Shown here piece by piece: positions 1 to 15,565 of a stretch of DNA of 64,000 nucleotides. Position numbers and translations under genes: made by a program. This DNA comes from the human T2T-CHM13v2.0 reference genome, Homo sapiens: NCBI RefSeq assembly GCF_009914755.1, contig NC_060929.1; one strand, written 5' to 3'. The number at the start of each line of letters is the position of its first letter. Within the stretch, counting starts at the first letter, position 1. Below the pieces are notes generated by a model. It worked only from the letters and a program-made list of their open reading frames with translations. It had not been told where the DNA came from and did not search any database.

Positions 1-2658
1 CTTGAAATAAAACAAGATTTCTATGGGTCCAGGATGAAGATGGGGAACGGGAAGGCAAGAAATTTTGGGAAGGCTGGCTATTTTTTTGGAGGCCACTTTT
101 ATTGTCTTCTACTTTATACAGGATACTCAGTTTGATTTACACTCCCCTGTCTCTGAATAAGCCAAGAAGCCCCAAAATGTTTCATGATATTAAATTAACT
201 GCTCTAATTTCCCCAGGAAGCTCGAATTTCGGCAAACAATATGAGTGCTAAAATGATACCAGAGTCCATTTAGAGAGGAATCCTCCGACAAGCACTAAAT
301 GCAGACTCCCCGAGAGCAGCTTTCTGACTACTGTATTTTTATACTCTGAGAATATAAACAAGGCAGAAAGGAAAGCCAGCGTGAGTGAGGACTTAAAATA
401 ATCTCCGCAAACGGCAGACTGGGAGATAGCACTTTTGAAAGAATTCCCATTAGTAAGCATAATATACTCCTATTATCACAGTTCATCTCTTTCAATTACA
501 ATGTGAAATTTCGTAATTGAAGCAGGATTAGAAATGTTTTTGTGCTTCAAAAATTAAAGCAGCCTATCTAAATCCTTTACAAAGGGTTAAAAAACTGACT
601 ACAATTTAAAAAGCTTCTAACTATCTCCCAACAGTAACCAAAAAAAGAAGAAAGAGATAAAGAAAGAAGGAAAAGAAAAAGAATTTTTTTTAAATTCAGG
701 ATTTCAATGATGCATTTAAGTCCCCATGAAGAATACCTTGAAAATAGATATCTTCAGAAATAGGCTTTGGGTATCTGGAAGAAAAGTCGAATTCCAAACT
801 AGGTATCTACATGCAAGGTCTGCACATCAGGGGATACCCATCCAGTTGTTCATTCCTCATCCAGATGTTCTGGGGGCCCAGCATCTCATCAGGTGGATGG
901 TTAAACTTAGCCTGAGGGCACTGTCCCTCCAGGGGCCCCAAATCCAGCAGCAGCGTTCTGCTCTGAGCTTCTGTTCATGTTCCTCCTCATGCTAAATGGG
1001 AGAAGTAGCTAAGGCTCAGCACCCTTTAGAGTTTAACAATTTGCTAATTTCTGAATAAATCTATCCCTACCAAATGTGCCAAATAAGTGTGGGGACTTCT
1101 GCATGAAATTCACAAGGGAAGCCTTACTAGAAACCCAAAGCAAGTCAACAGTCATGAAATCCAACAAGGAATTAACCCATAAGAGTAACATAGTACTATT
1201 AGATGTTCACACTGTCTTAGGTACTCAGGATGAAGAATAAAGTATAAGACACCCTTTGAAAATATTTGGAAGAAAGTTGCCACCTCTGGTTTTCACAGCT
1301 GAATTATATTGAAAGGTTTAAGGGAATTTAAACACCTAAACTATAATAATTTGAATTAGTTTTTGATGAAATATATATATGTTCATCAATGTACATATTT
1401 GAAGTATTCTTTTTCTAGACGGAGGAGAAATAGAATATTGTAACTGTAAAAAGAAAACCGGGGGAATCCCTGCTTTCATGAACCAAGGCAGAAGACAAAA
1501 TGTGAAGCAGCCTTGACATGCTATTTCTTTCCTCCCTATTATCCAATTGTCCTTTAAGCAGAGAATAGGAAATCTAGAAGCGCTTTTGAAGGTTGTTTTT
1601 TTTTATGACAGTTTAACATTCTAAAAAATCATTATTGAAGAACAAATTATAGAAGCATTTGTCTGCTGCTAGCTGGGGTCTTTGAAAAAAATAAAGCTCA
1701 AGGTTATTTTAACTGACAAAAGGAAAAAAATTATCTTCATAAGAAACGCATATACTTCATATAACTGAGTACTGGTTACACTTCCTCAGAGAAATCAAAC
1801 ACTTGATCTAAGCCACAATCTGCTAATGAATTGTCACTGCTTCTCATCATTTGAGGGCTACTGTAATTCTACATTAAAACAACATCTCAAATGAGCAAAA
1901 GGAGGTGAATCTATCATTTTGCTCATTTTGTACACTTGCCCACCAGACCCTAGAATACATATAGATATGTTTACTGATTCATGAATTATTTAAGTATCCA
2001 CAAAGACCCCGTCTATAAAACTGACAACTCTTATGCCTATTTTTCCTACATATGTAGTTACATGTAATATTGTGTCCATGTAAATACAAATATATATAAC
2101 TGTTAAAGCAATTGTTGACCTCTGACGTTTAATGTGGTATAGCCAGTTACATTTACAGAGATATTTAGATAATTGATTGTTAGCATTCCAAAGACTTCAA
2201 CCAACCAAATCTACTTTGTAAAGGACAAAGTCCTAGGTTAATTAAGCTCTCTGATCGGAATAGCCTGCTTAGAACTTAGTTGGAAATTGAACAAGTCTAT
2301 TTCAACAAATGTCATTATGCATACTTTGCCACATAGCTAGCATAACACCTTCTATTTCATATAGATCATAATGCCGTTCAACATATGCAACTTCTCAGCA
2401 GGAGAATAACTGCATCCACTCCAGTAGATGCTCCTGAAAGCAAGCTCTGCAATAATGCAAACAGCGATGATGGATTAGCCACAAAGAGGCACACCAGACC
2501 TTGGAGAATAAAGAGGTGTTTTACACATCGCTGGGCAATATCAATAACTCCACTTCTGTGTTTACATACTTTCCTGTATGTTGGGCTTTTGGCAAATGAA
2601 TTTGTGTTGAAAAATGCAGGGGGAAGATCCCTGCAAACCACTTTATCATTAAAGATAG

Positions 2659-2992
<334 letters not shown>

Positions 2993-5069
2993 TTAATTTT
3001 GGCGAGTTTAAATTTGAAACAAATTTCTGGCATTTCTAGATAAATAAAAGAACAACAATAACAAAACAAACAAATCCAAAGCAAATCAAACGAAAACACC
3101 TCATATTCACAGCGAGACAGTATCATTTGTTTTCCAGCAACTTTTAGACGAGGGGACCAAGGAAGTTTGGTTACTGTTTGCAAAATGTGCTGTCACACTT
3201 TGAGGCTTGCCTCAAATCTACCTGCATCCTGTGGTCATCCCCATGTTTGGACCAAAGGGTTTTATACCTCGGTGGCCCAACTCCCCAAGGTTTACATGGG
3301 ACTTCCCTGTTTTAGCATTGAAACTCCTGTGTTCGATCCTGGGAAACAAATCAATTCCAGGCCAACTGCGATGGCTGCTTACCCTGTTATACCCCATGGG
3401 GCTGACTCAGTTGAAAATAGATTTATTCTTGGCATTTCATTCCCTCAACCATATCCCTAAACCTTAAAATGTCTGTTGACTCGCAAACCCAGCTTTCAGT
3501 TCTGTTGGCTCTAAAAGGCTCCTCACTGCAGCTTCTGTAAAATGGGCTGTCTCTTTGCAAACAAGCCCATGACAAGGCCAGGGGGAGCCTTGAAAGTCAC
3601 TGAAACATTGGGCCTTGCATTCTCTGCCTTCCTCGTTGGGAATTAGAATTTCTTTGTAAGAAGTATCAGTGTTTTACTTGCCGGCCTTGCTGATGTCATG
3701 AATACTCAGAGGCTGGACAAATAAATGGCTGTCTCCATAGTGATGGGGGCAGGTTTGTGGTTTCCCTAGTTACACTCTTGAGCGATAACCATCTGTGGTT
3801 CCTCCCCGGCAGAGGCGCAGGAGGGAGGAAGAAGCGAGAAACTGGGAAGATGAAATGTGCTTTTGTTAACGGGCATGAAAAGTTATCTCCCACATCTCTG
3901 TTTTTTTACTCTGTTTTTCTAAATCACCCAGCACAAACTGTAGTGAGGTAGTTTTTTTCTTTTTATCCCCATGGGGGTTTCAGAAAATTTTCCCACTGGG
4001 CTCTAAAGATTAAATGATTCCAGCTGCATGAATATGACCACTAAGCAAGAGCCAGAGCTGAGACATTTCTTCCTGGATAGGAGGTCAGTGCCCAGGTGAG
4101 ATGTTAGTTTTCATTCAAATACAAGATGGCAAACATCCCCACTCAGGGTCGAGGACACAAATCGGCACATCCTGGGGAGTGCTCCCTGACAGTGCACTGA
4201 AACCACATCATCTCCTTCAGCCTCGAGAGATCTTTGTTTCCCTTTAAAAACATCACATAGATCACTCATCAAGAAAATTAAGACTTCCTTGAATTTATTC
4301 ACATTTCTAGCCCATACTAACTAACCCTTTGAAGGCTCTCATTATTGGCTACCTGTTTTTTTCTTATAAAAGTGGAAGACTAGGGCTTGTATAATTTGTA
4401 ACTATGCAAACTAAGTGATTCACATCCATGCCCCTCAGTCTCAGTTGTAAAAGGCAGATAACATTTAGTCCAAAAGGAATTTTTGTGTATTAATGAAGTG
4501 TGTGCACTCTGAAAATGTATTTGTGGCATTACTTAATTTTATTTGCTTTAAAACAAGTAATATTAAATTTAGGAATTCTTTTTTACATAATCTCCAAGCT
4601 CTCCTTCAGCTCTGAAGTTATATGACCTGAAATTGGTTTCTTATGAAATTCTAAAAACATTCTTGTTCATCTAACTTAGACCCTTCTGTGATTTGAACCT
4701 ATCTCTTTATCCCTTCTTCTTCCATCCCAGACCAAAGAATCTATTATTTGAGATATTCAATATATTCTTTCTGGACTAAGGGCAGCAGTTCAGACTCACA
4801 TGCTTTTTGTATTTCTCCTGCTATTACGAGATTGAAATACAAGAAGCCACCAAAAACCTACACCAAAGAAAATACAAATTGCTCCCTTACTGAAAGAAGG
4901 ATACCAATGTGTGCACATATTCACAATTCCCATAGTTGACACAACTAAGGAGAGAAATTGCAAAATTTAATCTCATTTCTTGGTGGCTACTTCCAACTAA
5001 TAACCGATCAAGTAATGTACCACCTAAAATAGTCAAATGCCGCACCATCTATGGCATATAAGTTCTTAA

Positions 5070-5800
5070 TCTTAACATTCCGTAAGCTGTACACAAACCT
5101 TCAGTGGCTCCCTGTGGCTCACATGATAAATTGTAGCAATCACAAAACCATCACAACCATGATAATGATTGCACACAACATTTATTTAACACTTACTAAG
5201 CATCCAGTATTGAACTGAGCACCTTTTAAGTGTCTTATGCCAGTCTGATCTCACAATAATTCCTACAGAAGAAGAAAGTGAGGCATTGAGAGCTACGTCT
5301 CTAAACTTGGCATTGAACCCAGTTCTGTCCATGCTCACGATGACTGTAAGAGATGCTGCTCCTCTGGAAACAGCCCAGACTCCTTAGCATGACATTGCTA
5401 CACCTCCCTCTGTGCAATATGTGAATACACCAAGTACTTTCATGTTTCCACGTTCACTTATGCTTGTCCTTGCCCCCTACCCTATTTGTGAAATCCCTCC
5501 TCATTCATCAAGGCCTTCCTCAAAGGCCACATCTTCTAGGAGACCTTCCTGTACAAACTCAGGCAAAATGAACTGCTCTTTCTAAGCTCTCAGGGCCCTT
5601 CGGTCATCCCTTCATTCAAGCACTTACTTCAGAGAGTAGGACGAATTCTGAATACAGGAGAAAACCGAGGTTCAGAGAGGTTGTTATGTAGCATCAAAAA
5701 AGGAGCTCGGCTAGTACATGGGAGAGTCAAGTTCAAACCTGCCTTCCCAATCCAGGAGTCTCAGGGCTTACCCATCAGGCTATTCCACCTTTCTCTGACT
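5070..5800. mobile_element. Cluster of degenerate L2 and MIR fragments
   Basis: aaccttcagtggctccc, tcctcattcatcaaggcc...acatcttct (L2-like); gaaagtgaggca and gaaaaccgaggttcagagagg (MIR core). Confidence 0.55.
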
Positions 5801-6689
5801 TTCAAAATACAAAGACAGGGAGCCTAATATGACTGTGTGGGTGTAACTCAAGTTATTGTAGCCTGGGAAGAGGATGGGGAGGAAGCCAAGCTTTAGTCTC
5901 AGTATTTGTCACTGGGAACTAGTTGCTTTCATTGGCCTGCAAAGTATTCTTACCCAGAAGATGGTGTTGAGGGTGGGGGGTGGGGGGAGCAGCACACTCA
6001 ACAGTGTCCCCACCATTGCCTCCTTGTCTCTCAGTTAGATTCCTTGGGAGTCCCAGTCCATTTGACTTTTAGGATCACTGGGAATGGTAACTGATTTTAG
6101 CTCCAGTCACTGAGGATCATGGATGGGTGTCTGCACCTTGAGAGGATGCTTCAATTCCAGATCACCTAGTAGGATCCAATGGGTGGCCTTCTGACCAGGC
6201 TGGGACAGCATAGTGCTCTCTTGGGCAGAGGCATGGCCTCTCCGGAGAAATGGTTCTCTTTGCTCCAGGCAAAAGTGGTAAATTACGCAGATTCGAAGCC
6301 ATCATTCCTGGGCATGGCCTTCCCCAGAGGTGACAAGGCTTGTCTTCCATAGGTATACAAGCCACGGGAACCAAAGGAACAGGACAGCAGTAACCAGATT
6401 GTGTCGTAGGGTGTTCGGGGTGAGTGGCCATTAGCGAGGCATCACTCAAAGGTATGTCTGTGGCAGCAGAAGCCAATTAAAACATGTCTTGCAAGCTCAG
6501 TGTTCGGGGGATATCAAGGTCCTTGTAATTAACTGCTGAAAAAAGGAGCATCAAAACTCAGCAGCACGTGCTGTGCTGATAGCTGCTTTCGATCTAGCTA
6601 ATACACAGCATGGAAATACTCTAGAAGAGGCCAGCTTCCTTTTCTTTACTATTACTTTCAAGGAATAATGAATGCCTGAACTTATCAGC

Positions 6690-6772
6690 AACAGGAGAGC
6701 GGGTACAGTCTCTGTTTTACACACTACTGTACCTGGCCCACAGTGCCTGGCACACAGGAGGTGCTCAGTAAA
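6690..6772 (+). mobile_element. L2 3' end fragment
   Basis: cacagtgcctggcacacaggaggtgctcagtaaa. Confidence 0.65.
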
Positions 6773-6784
6773 AAGCCCTAGGAT

Positions 6785-7855
<1,071 letters not shown>

Positions 7856-8388
7856 TAGGAAAGGAGAAAAAGTGAAGCTTGCTCTTTCCATGACAGGCAG
7901 GAACTTTATGAGACCACCCCATTTTGAGGGTGGTTTCCCTCTGACGACATCACAGTGAAAGGTAGGGAAGCCTAGGACCAGATCTTACACGATGAGATAG
8001 CAAACCTGATTCTATCTGGGTGTGAGAAGAACTACCTTGACATTGAAGAGCAATGCGAATGAAGGAGAGAAACATGAGGGAATTTAATTCACCTATTTTT
8101 GGGAATTATTTATAACAAATTTTAAAACTCTCTCTCCCAGCTTGCTTTGGGGGTACTCCCAATCACTCAAGATTCAGGGGGGAAAATGTCAGTTTAGGCA
8201 AAGAGAATGAGGACGGTAAACTTGATGGAAGGAGAAAAATCACCGCTAGGCTCCCAAGTCCAGCATAAAATAGTGTGGGATTAGCCACTGTTTTGTATTT
8301 TCCACACCACTGCTCCTCCTTTTGCATCAGTAGCCAGCGCAGATATCTCAGTAGATTGCATTTGCATTTGCATTTCAGAAGCTGAGTT

Positions 8389-8392
<4 letters not shown>

Positions 8393-8445
<53 letters not shown>

Positions 8446-8452
8446 CGCGCGC
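8393..8452. repeat. Compound microsatellite (GT)22(GC)8
   Basis: Direct reading. Confidence 0.97.
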
Positions 8453-9000
8453 ACGCCTTTGTTCAGACTGGTTCTCAGAGAAGGCAAGGAAGGAGGCCAG
8501 GCTGTTACCCTCACTCAGGGCAGTGAGGGAAGTGCCTTTGACCAGAAACCCCTTCCTGCAGAGGCCTCTGGTCTGGGTGGGCTACGGACGTGCGACGGCT
8601 CCTGGGGAAGGGATGGTGGGGGGGCCTGGTGAAAATGGTGAGTAGTTTTCCTTCATGCTGTCTCTAAATTCTCCCAGGACTCTCGGGAGCAGCCAAGTCA
8701 GTCTCACCGAGCTAAGTAAATCCGAAAACATCTGGGGGGCCCACAGAGATGGTTCCTACTTGGGGACCACCTGGGCAAAGGCCAGCTCTACCCACAAGCT
8801 TCCAGGTCCAGAGCTCTCCATTGCAGCTACTTCTACTTAATTGGCTGAAGAAATTTCTGAAGAAATTTCTAATTCCTTCCCTGATTCCAAAAGGGGAAAT
8901 AAGTGCATTGTTCACACTTAAGAACTGAGGATGACAGCCACTGTTCTGGGTAGGGGATAAGAAAGAGTGATTTTCTTTTTCTCATTTGCCAGCAGTAGAG

Positions 9001-9036
9001 TTTTTGTTTTTGTTTTGTTTTGTTTTGTTTTGTTTT
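9001..9036. repeat. (TTTTG)n simple repeat
   Basis: Direct reading. Confidence 0.85.
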
Positions 9037-12000
9037 AAGATGATGTGATTTAGTGGAAAAATAAAAACAGTTTGCTCAGGAATCAGATGACAAGGATATT
9101 TGACCTTGTCGGACTATGGCCTAACTTCTCTGGGCTAAAATTTCCCTATCGGTAAAACAGAGGCATGAAATAGATGATTTCTATGGGCCCCTCAAGAGCT
9201 GGCACTCAGGGCTGCTGAGTTTTAATTCAGTCCCTGAGTCCTCACATGAAGTTTTTCTCATTTTGTTGTTATAGGTACTGTCTGAGGAGTCAGATTTTAT
9301 TTTTAATGCAGTACATTGAGAATGTAAGTGTGAATTTACTCCGGTTTTGAACAGTTAAGACGAGGACTCTCCAGGGGGTCGGAGGGCTGAACAGCAGGGT
9401 GGAAAAAAACACAAGTATGAATGAATGTGGTATTAACTTCTACCAAAGCGCTCCACGGAAAACCACCGAGCTTAAAAGCCCTCAACGGTGTGCCTATCAG
9501 GTAGAGATTCACGTAGGAGTTCTTAGGCGGGACAAGACTGGCTCTCCAGCTTCTGGATGCATACGGGGTTAGACACAAGGTGTCGGGCCACCGGGGATCC
9601 TTCTACCCCATCTTCTGGAGATGTCTCCTCTTCCTGCTCAGCTCTTCTGTGTCTTAGAAACAGCATATTTTCCCATCCCATTTGTCACAGAAACAGCTTT
9701 TAAGGAGCATTCAACAGTGTTTCCAGCATTCAATAATTTCATAGCTTTTAGAAAGCGAAGGCTAGACTCCCACATCTACTGGAAAAATGAGAGTCTAGAA
9801 GTGCGGAACACAGTCTCTGAAGGAGGAAGAGGAGAAAGCCATCCCCGGGGATAGTCCCAAATGGAGCGACTCACTGAGAAGTTCTGGGACATGCAAGGGC
9901 AGAGAATGGGCCTTCTAGGACTTTCCCCAACATTCTCCAGTAAATTACATTAGAAATGGGCCACCCCACTCCTTTGTCTCCTTCAGAAATGATCTTTGGA
10001 CTTGTACTGCCCTTTCTGGCAAGTTCATTCTACTTTTATATCCCCGTTAAAGGCTAGTTGTCTTATAAGCCTTGGTTTGGGGAAAGTAAGGTCCTTTCAA
10101 GTGAGACTTAGGGGGAAAAATTCCTTGTTTCCAGATCAAATGTGCTATTTTCTCAGCCATCCAAATGCCACTTACATAGTGCCCTGGACTCTATCCACAA
10201 ACTCCCCTGCAGCAGCGTTGGGCTTACGCGTTGGGCTCCCAGCAGCTTTCTGAGCTCCCTCAGCTGCTCCTGGCCCTCCTGGCCCTTGGAAGCCTGTCCC
10301 TGATGGATACAAATGGATGAGCTGTGTCTTCCTATACTTCCTTAAGCTCCCTCATTCTGTTCTTTTCTTTAAAATGTTCCATTTCAAGTTAATCACCAAA
10401 GGTTTCGATTTTCCATCCTAGGTTACTCACAGGCATTCTTGGCATTTACATCCCGGGGACTCAGCACATCCCCATCAACCATACTATGCTTTGGTTCCTA
10501 AGGCCCCTGGGCGGGCTGGGTGCAGGGGGTGCAAGATCTACATGTGAAATGCAAAAGTGGGTGGCTGCTGCTGCAACCCTTCTCTAAACAGAGAGTGAGG
10601 CTTGCGGTGGGGTGGACACATAGTCCTGCAACATGAGTGATGCTATCTCTAGGACTTCAAAGCAGAGAAGTCTGAACCCACCTGATCAGAAAGGTTGGAT
10701 AATCAGCACTAACGTTTCCTTTGCCTGTGATGGATAGCCACTTTGGAAATATTTTCCATCCTGACTTTTCCTTGGGTCAGCACTGCGGCAGAAGCAGGGG
10801 GTGGAGGGACGGGGTCTATCTTGGTCATGATGTTCTATACTAACCCCTCCAAGAAGAGAGAGGCCCCAGAATTGTCTCTGTACAAAAGGTTTGCATTAAC
10901 TGTAATGAAGCAAATGACAAAATCAATAAAGTGGGAATTGCGTGGCTGTCATAAAGATGATGTAAATCCAGGGTTCACGATGGTTATGAAGCTATTTAGA
11001 ATTGTAATTAAAACCAGCACCATTTTTTTCAAGATAAAAGCCCCTTTGACAACCATAAATGCAAGCTACAGGAAATTTTCAACAAATATATTCAAAATTA
11101 ATGTATGGCACAAAGATGGCATAAATTAACTGAGGATAATCCATAAGCCCAGGCTTCAGAATGTAAGAGCACTGAGTAAAGAGATTTCGATTTCACGTTT
11201 GGTTTTCAAGCAACGTGGTTTTCAATTTTAATCAAGTTAAAGCTTGACAGAGCACTTAGAGACTCTGAGTGAATGGCATATTTCTGACAACTACTTTTCA
11301 ATGAGACTAAAAATGCTGTCTCTGTATTTGCCCAACTTGAGATCTGACGGCATTTGCTATTTTATGTATCCCACATATTTCAGAACAGAATTCAGGGGTG
11401 TGCATGTAGGAGATGACCTTTTTGTTTTATTTGGGAGTGGGAGTAGGATGGGGAGGGAGAGGAAGGGGATGGGCTGTCCACGTCTTCCAGTCCTAAGGAG
11501 TTATCTTCCTTGGACTAATTTTCTGAGCCCTGATTACCAACTGTAACACTGAGATTTCTTGGGAAACATTCACCTACTTACTTATCTATGATCCTACCTT
11601 CCTCTTTCCCTACCTATCCACACACTGAAATTCAGAACATCACCGTTTGCCTTTAGGTTATTAACAAAATCAGAGTTACTATGAACTTCAACTCTGCTGA
11701 AGGAGATTCCAGCCCTCTGGGTGGTTGCAGCTATAGAGTTGTAAAATGCCACCGTTGAAAGTGATCTCAGAGATCATCAGATGCAAGCCCATAATTTTCA
11801 ACAGAAGAAGAAAGTAAGGATTAGAGAGAAGAATTACTTAAAATCCTAAGATAGCATTTGGCAGAGAAGTAAGGACTTGATTGCTAACCCCTTGGGTCAC
11901 ACTGTTTAGAGACAAGTGACACCTGATATACCAGTGAAAAAACTAAAACAATAAAAGGTGATTAAATTGTATCTTTAAGTCTGAAATGCTACTGCAACTC

Positions 12001-12096
12001 AGGGATGCTTGACTCTTTCATTCCATCTGGGGCTTCAAATGTGGTGAGGAATGGTGGCCTAATGGGGAGGGATTGAGGAGTCCCAGGGATTTAGGG

Positions 12097-12657
12097 GTAT
12101 ATTAATTATGTTTTTAAATTTTCTCTACTTTAAAATAGTTTGACATCTTGGTGGGGGAGGGAAGGGTTCTTGGCAGGGGAGAGAGACTGCCCCTCCCAGA
12201 GCTAGCTCATTCCTAGAGATAGTAAACAAATTGCCAATGAGCCTATCTTTCAGATACAGACCAACCAATCCCAAGTCCATATCCTAACCACCAGCTGTAT
12301 CTAGCTCACACACCAAGCCAGCCTTTACTCTGCCCTAAATCAACCCAAGGCTGGGTACAGGATGACTAGGAATAGCCCTTATGCCCCAAGGCCCATATGA
12401 ATTATTCAAACTAGCCATTCTTAAGCTGTTTCCCCTGCCCTGCCTTGCCTTTCCTATGAAACCCCAATAAGGGCTTTGGCCCCAGCTTTCCCCTTGCTCC
12501 TGTTTCTGCCCGACTCTGGTGCTTCCCCTGCGGCCCTGCATGACATGCTGTGCCTCTCATTTCTAGGGACCTGTGAGTAACAGTAAATTTTCTGTAAATG
12601 GCATTGACCTCTCTGTATCATCCAACAGTCACCTTTACAAATTAAGACCCAGACACA
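12097..12657 (+). mobile_element. ERV solo LTR, MER74-like (ERVL)
   Basis: gagagactgcccctcccagagctagctcattcctagagatagtaaac and ccaaccaatcc match my recollection of the MER74 consensus; ~560 bp, ends in ...gacaca. Confidence 0.65.
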
Positions 12658-12739
12658 GACCAAGGGAACCCAGGGTCTGGTCTGGCCAATTGGCCACATT
12701 TTTAAAAGGAGAAATTTGGACCGTATGACATATTTCTTA

Positions 12740-12934
12740 TTTTTTATTATTATACTTTAAGTTCTAGGGTACATGTGCACAACGTGCAGGTTTGTTACAT
12801 ATGTATACATGTGCCATGTTGGTGTGCTGCACCCATTAACTCGTCATTTACATTAGGTGTATCTCCTAATGCTTTCCCTCCCCCATCCCCCCATCCCACG
12901 ACAGGCCCCAGTGTGTGATGTTCCCCTTCCTGTG
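12740..12934 (-). mobile_element. Primate L1PA 3' end, severely 5'-truncated, with 16-bp TSD
   Basis: ttattatactttaagttctagggtacatgtgcacaacgtgcagg... is the reverse complement of the L1PA 3' UTR; TSD tatgacRtatttctta at 12724-12739 and 12937-12952. Confidence 0.95.
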
Positions 12935-13797
12935 AATATGACGTATTTCTTAAAGCCCTCTCTAGCTTGGTAAGTCTATGACTCTTGGTAGAGCAACCTG
13001 AATTCCATGCGTGTCCGTCCCCAACCCCTGCCCCCCGCCCCCACCAGCCCGCCCAATTTGCCCCATTTCAATAGGCAGCAAGGCTGGCTGCAGTAGAGGA
13101 ATTGCATGCTAGCCAAACCACTTATTATAAAAGCACATCTCATACCTGCCTTGGTAGTAAAATGGGCAAAGAAAGGAAATCATTTCAGGAAATCTAATTG
13201 CATTAAGGAGCTGATTCCAGAAAAGGGACTTGGCTTGACTGTCTACCAAGAAGACTCATCTTCCATGACAATGAACAATTCACCAGAGAAAATTTGCACA
13301 TCCACAACCCAACTGTACGGGTTGACAGCAGGTTCCCCAAGCTGCATGTGGACCATTCTAATGGCTGGAAAGGTGTAAATGCTGTGAAGCAATTTCACAA
13401 TGGACCCAAATGGAAGTTCAGTGCCAGCCCTCACTTTAAGATGGCCAGAACATGTAAAGAGAGCCCAGGAAGAGTTAAACTGTTCAACTTCTGAGGCACA
13501 CAATAAGGAAGGGCTTAGCTTGGGAACCTTGGTGTATTGGTGTGCAGGGCAATGATGTACCCCTTTTAACATTAGCAGCTGCTTAGCAGCCGTGAGAGCA
13601 TCATTTAATGGGGCCATAGGAGATGTAACTACAAGACACCAACACTGTCCTTAGAGAACAAAACAAGACCATTTCTGAAGCAGAGCTAAAGCTGAGAATC
13701 TTGGCTTTGTGGTCTATTTATTTTTCATGTAGCTGGAAACCATGTTTAAGGCTAACACTGGGTCAAAGGAATCTCTCGAGATATTTAAGGCATGACA

Positions 13798-13999
13798 CAA
13801 AAGCATAAGAATGATACGTTGGACTTTGGGGACTCGGGGGAAAGGGCGGCAGGTGGCAAGGGATAAAAGACTACACACTGGGTACAGGGTACACTGCTCA
13901 GGTGATGAGCGCACCAAAATTTCAGAAATCACCGCTAAAGAACTTGTTCATGTAACCAAATGCCACCTGTTCCCCAAAAACCTATGGAAATAAAAAATA
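13798..13999 (+). mobile_element. L1PB-like 3' end
   Basis: ggactttggggactcgggggaaaggg...aaatcaccgctaaagaactt...cccaaaaacctatggaaataaaaaa. Confidence 0.85.
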
Positions 14000-14284
14000 A
14001 GGTATGGGCAGCAAAAGGCAGATTAAAGGGAATGGGGCCAGGGACATCCTGCTAAAGAAAAATTTTGGAAAACTCCTTGTGTTTCAATTCCTGTGAAATG
14101 TATTAAAAGTCAAGTACAGAAAACTCCAGAAACTAATTACAGTTAATTGAAGTGTTACTACATGATGGTGACCTCCTTACTCTTATTGCTTTGGGTTGAA
14201 TCACCATCACTCAGCCACGACCCTCTCCCTATTCATTTTTCTCTAATCTATGTAAATCCTAGAGATCACTCAATAGAACATTGG

Positions 14285-14603
<319 letters not shown>

Positions 14604-15565
14604 TGAACATTGGGTTTTATCTTCTTCATTGTCTGGTGTAGATAACAATGTGGGCTGGGGGTGCAGACGGAGACGAATGCCATGCATACAACACCTATTC
14701 TATGAGCCTGAAAGCATCCACGGACCCAAAACACATGCAGCCTGTTGACAATGACCCAAAGTCTGACTTGCCTGATGATTGAATAATGACTCAATAGTTG
14801 CATTTTTCCAATGAATCAATTTTTTTTCAGTGACCATATGGAGCCAGGAGCATACTTTGAACTTGGGTGTGGAGTCTTTTTTCAAGAAAGAAGCAAGCAA
14901 ACATTTATGGCTTTGTGAGCTGAACATGCTTAAGTAGACAAAAGCGATATTCAGCCAGTGATCTAATTGACATTTTACTTGGGCAAAAGAACTGAGGCCG
15001 GCCCAATGGCAGGCAAATTCATTTTCCAAAGGTCATGGGGTTGGCTGCTGGTGATTCGTTGTTGAAAGATATCTCAGGGCTGGTCAAGGCCACAATCAGA
15101 AATGCCCGTTGAATACAAATAATTCCCCTCATTCAAAACTGACAGCCACAGCCATGGGTCAATGTGGTTGTACTTATGCAAATGGTAATGATCATGGTTT
15201 CCAGTTATGGAGGGTCAACCGTGGCAGAGACAGAGGCAGTGCAGGGCATGGCTAACTCAGAGTCCTGTGAGTTCTTGCTGGGAAAGTGCGCTCTGGCATC
15301 AGATGCCAGGGAATCAAGTGAAATGGGAGCACCCCCATTCTTTGGGCTGAGATCAGGTGGATTTAACTCATAAAATTGTTTTATGTTACACAAATATATG
15401 CACATGACAAAAGAAAATCCAGAGAGATCAAAGAGTATAGAATGAAAAGCAACACCCTTCTGCCCCGTTCCCCAAGTTGAGAAGTTTGCCTTTCCAGAAG
15501 CAATTACTGTCAGCATTTCCTATGAATTTGTCCACAAATATTTCACATATATAAAAGCATGTGTG

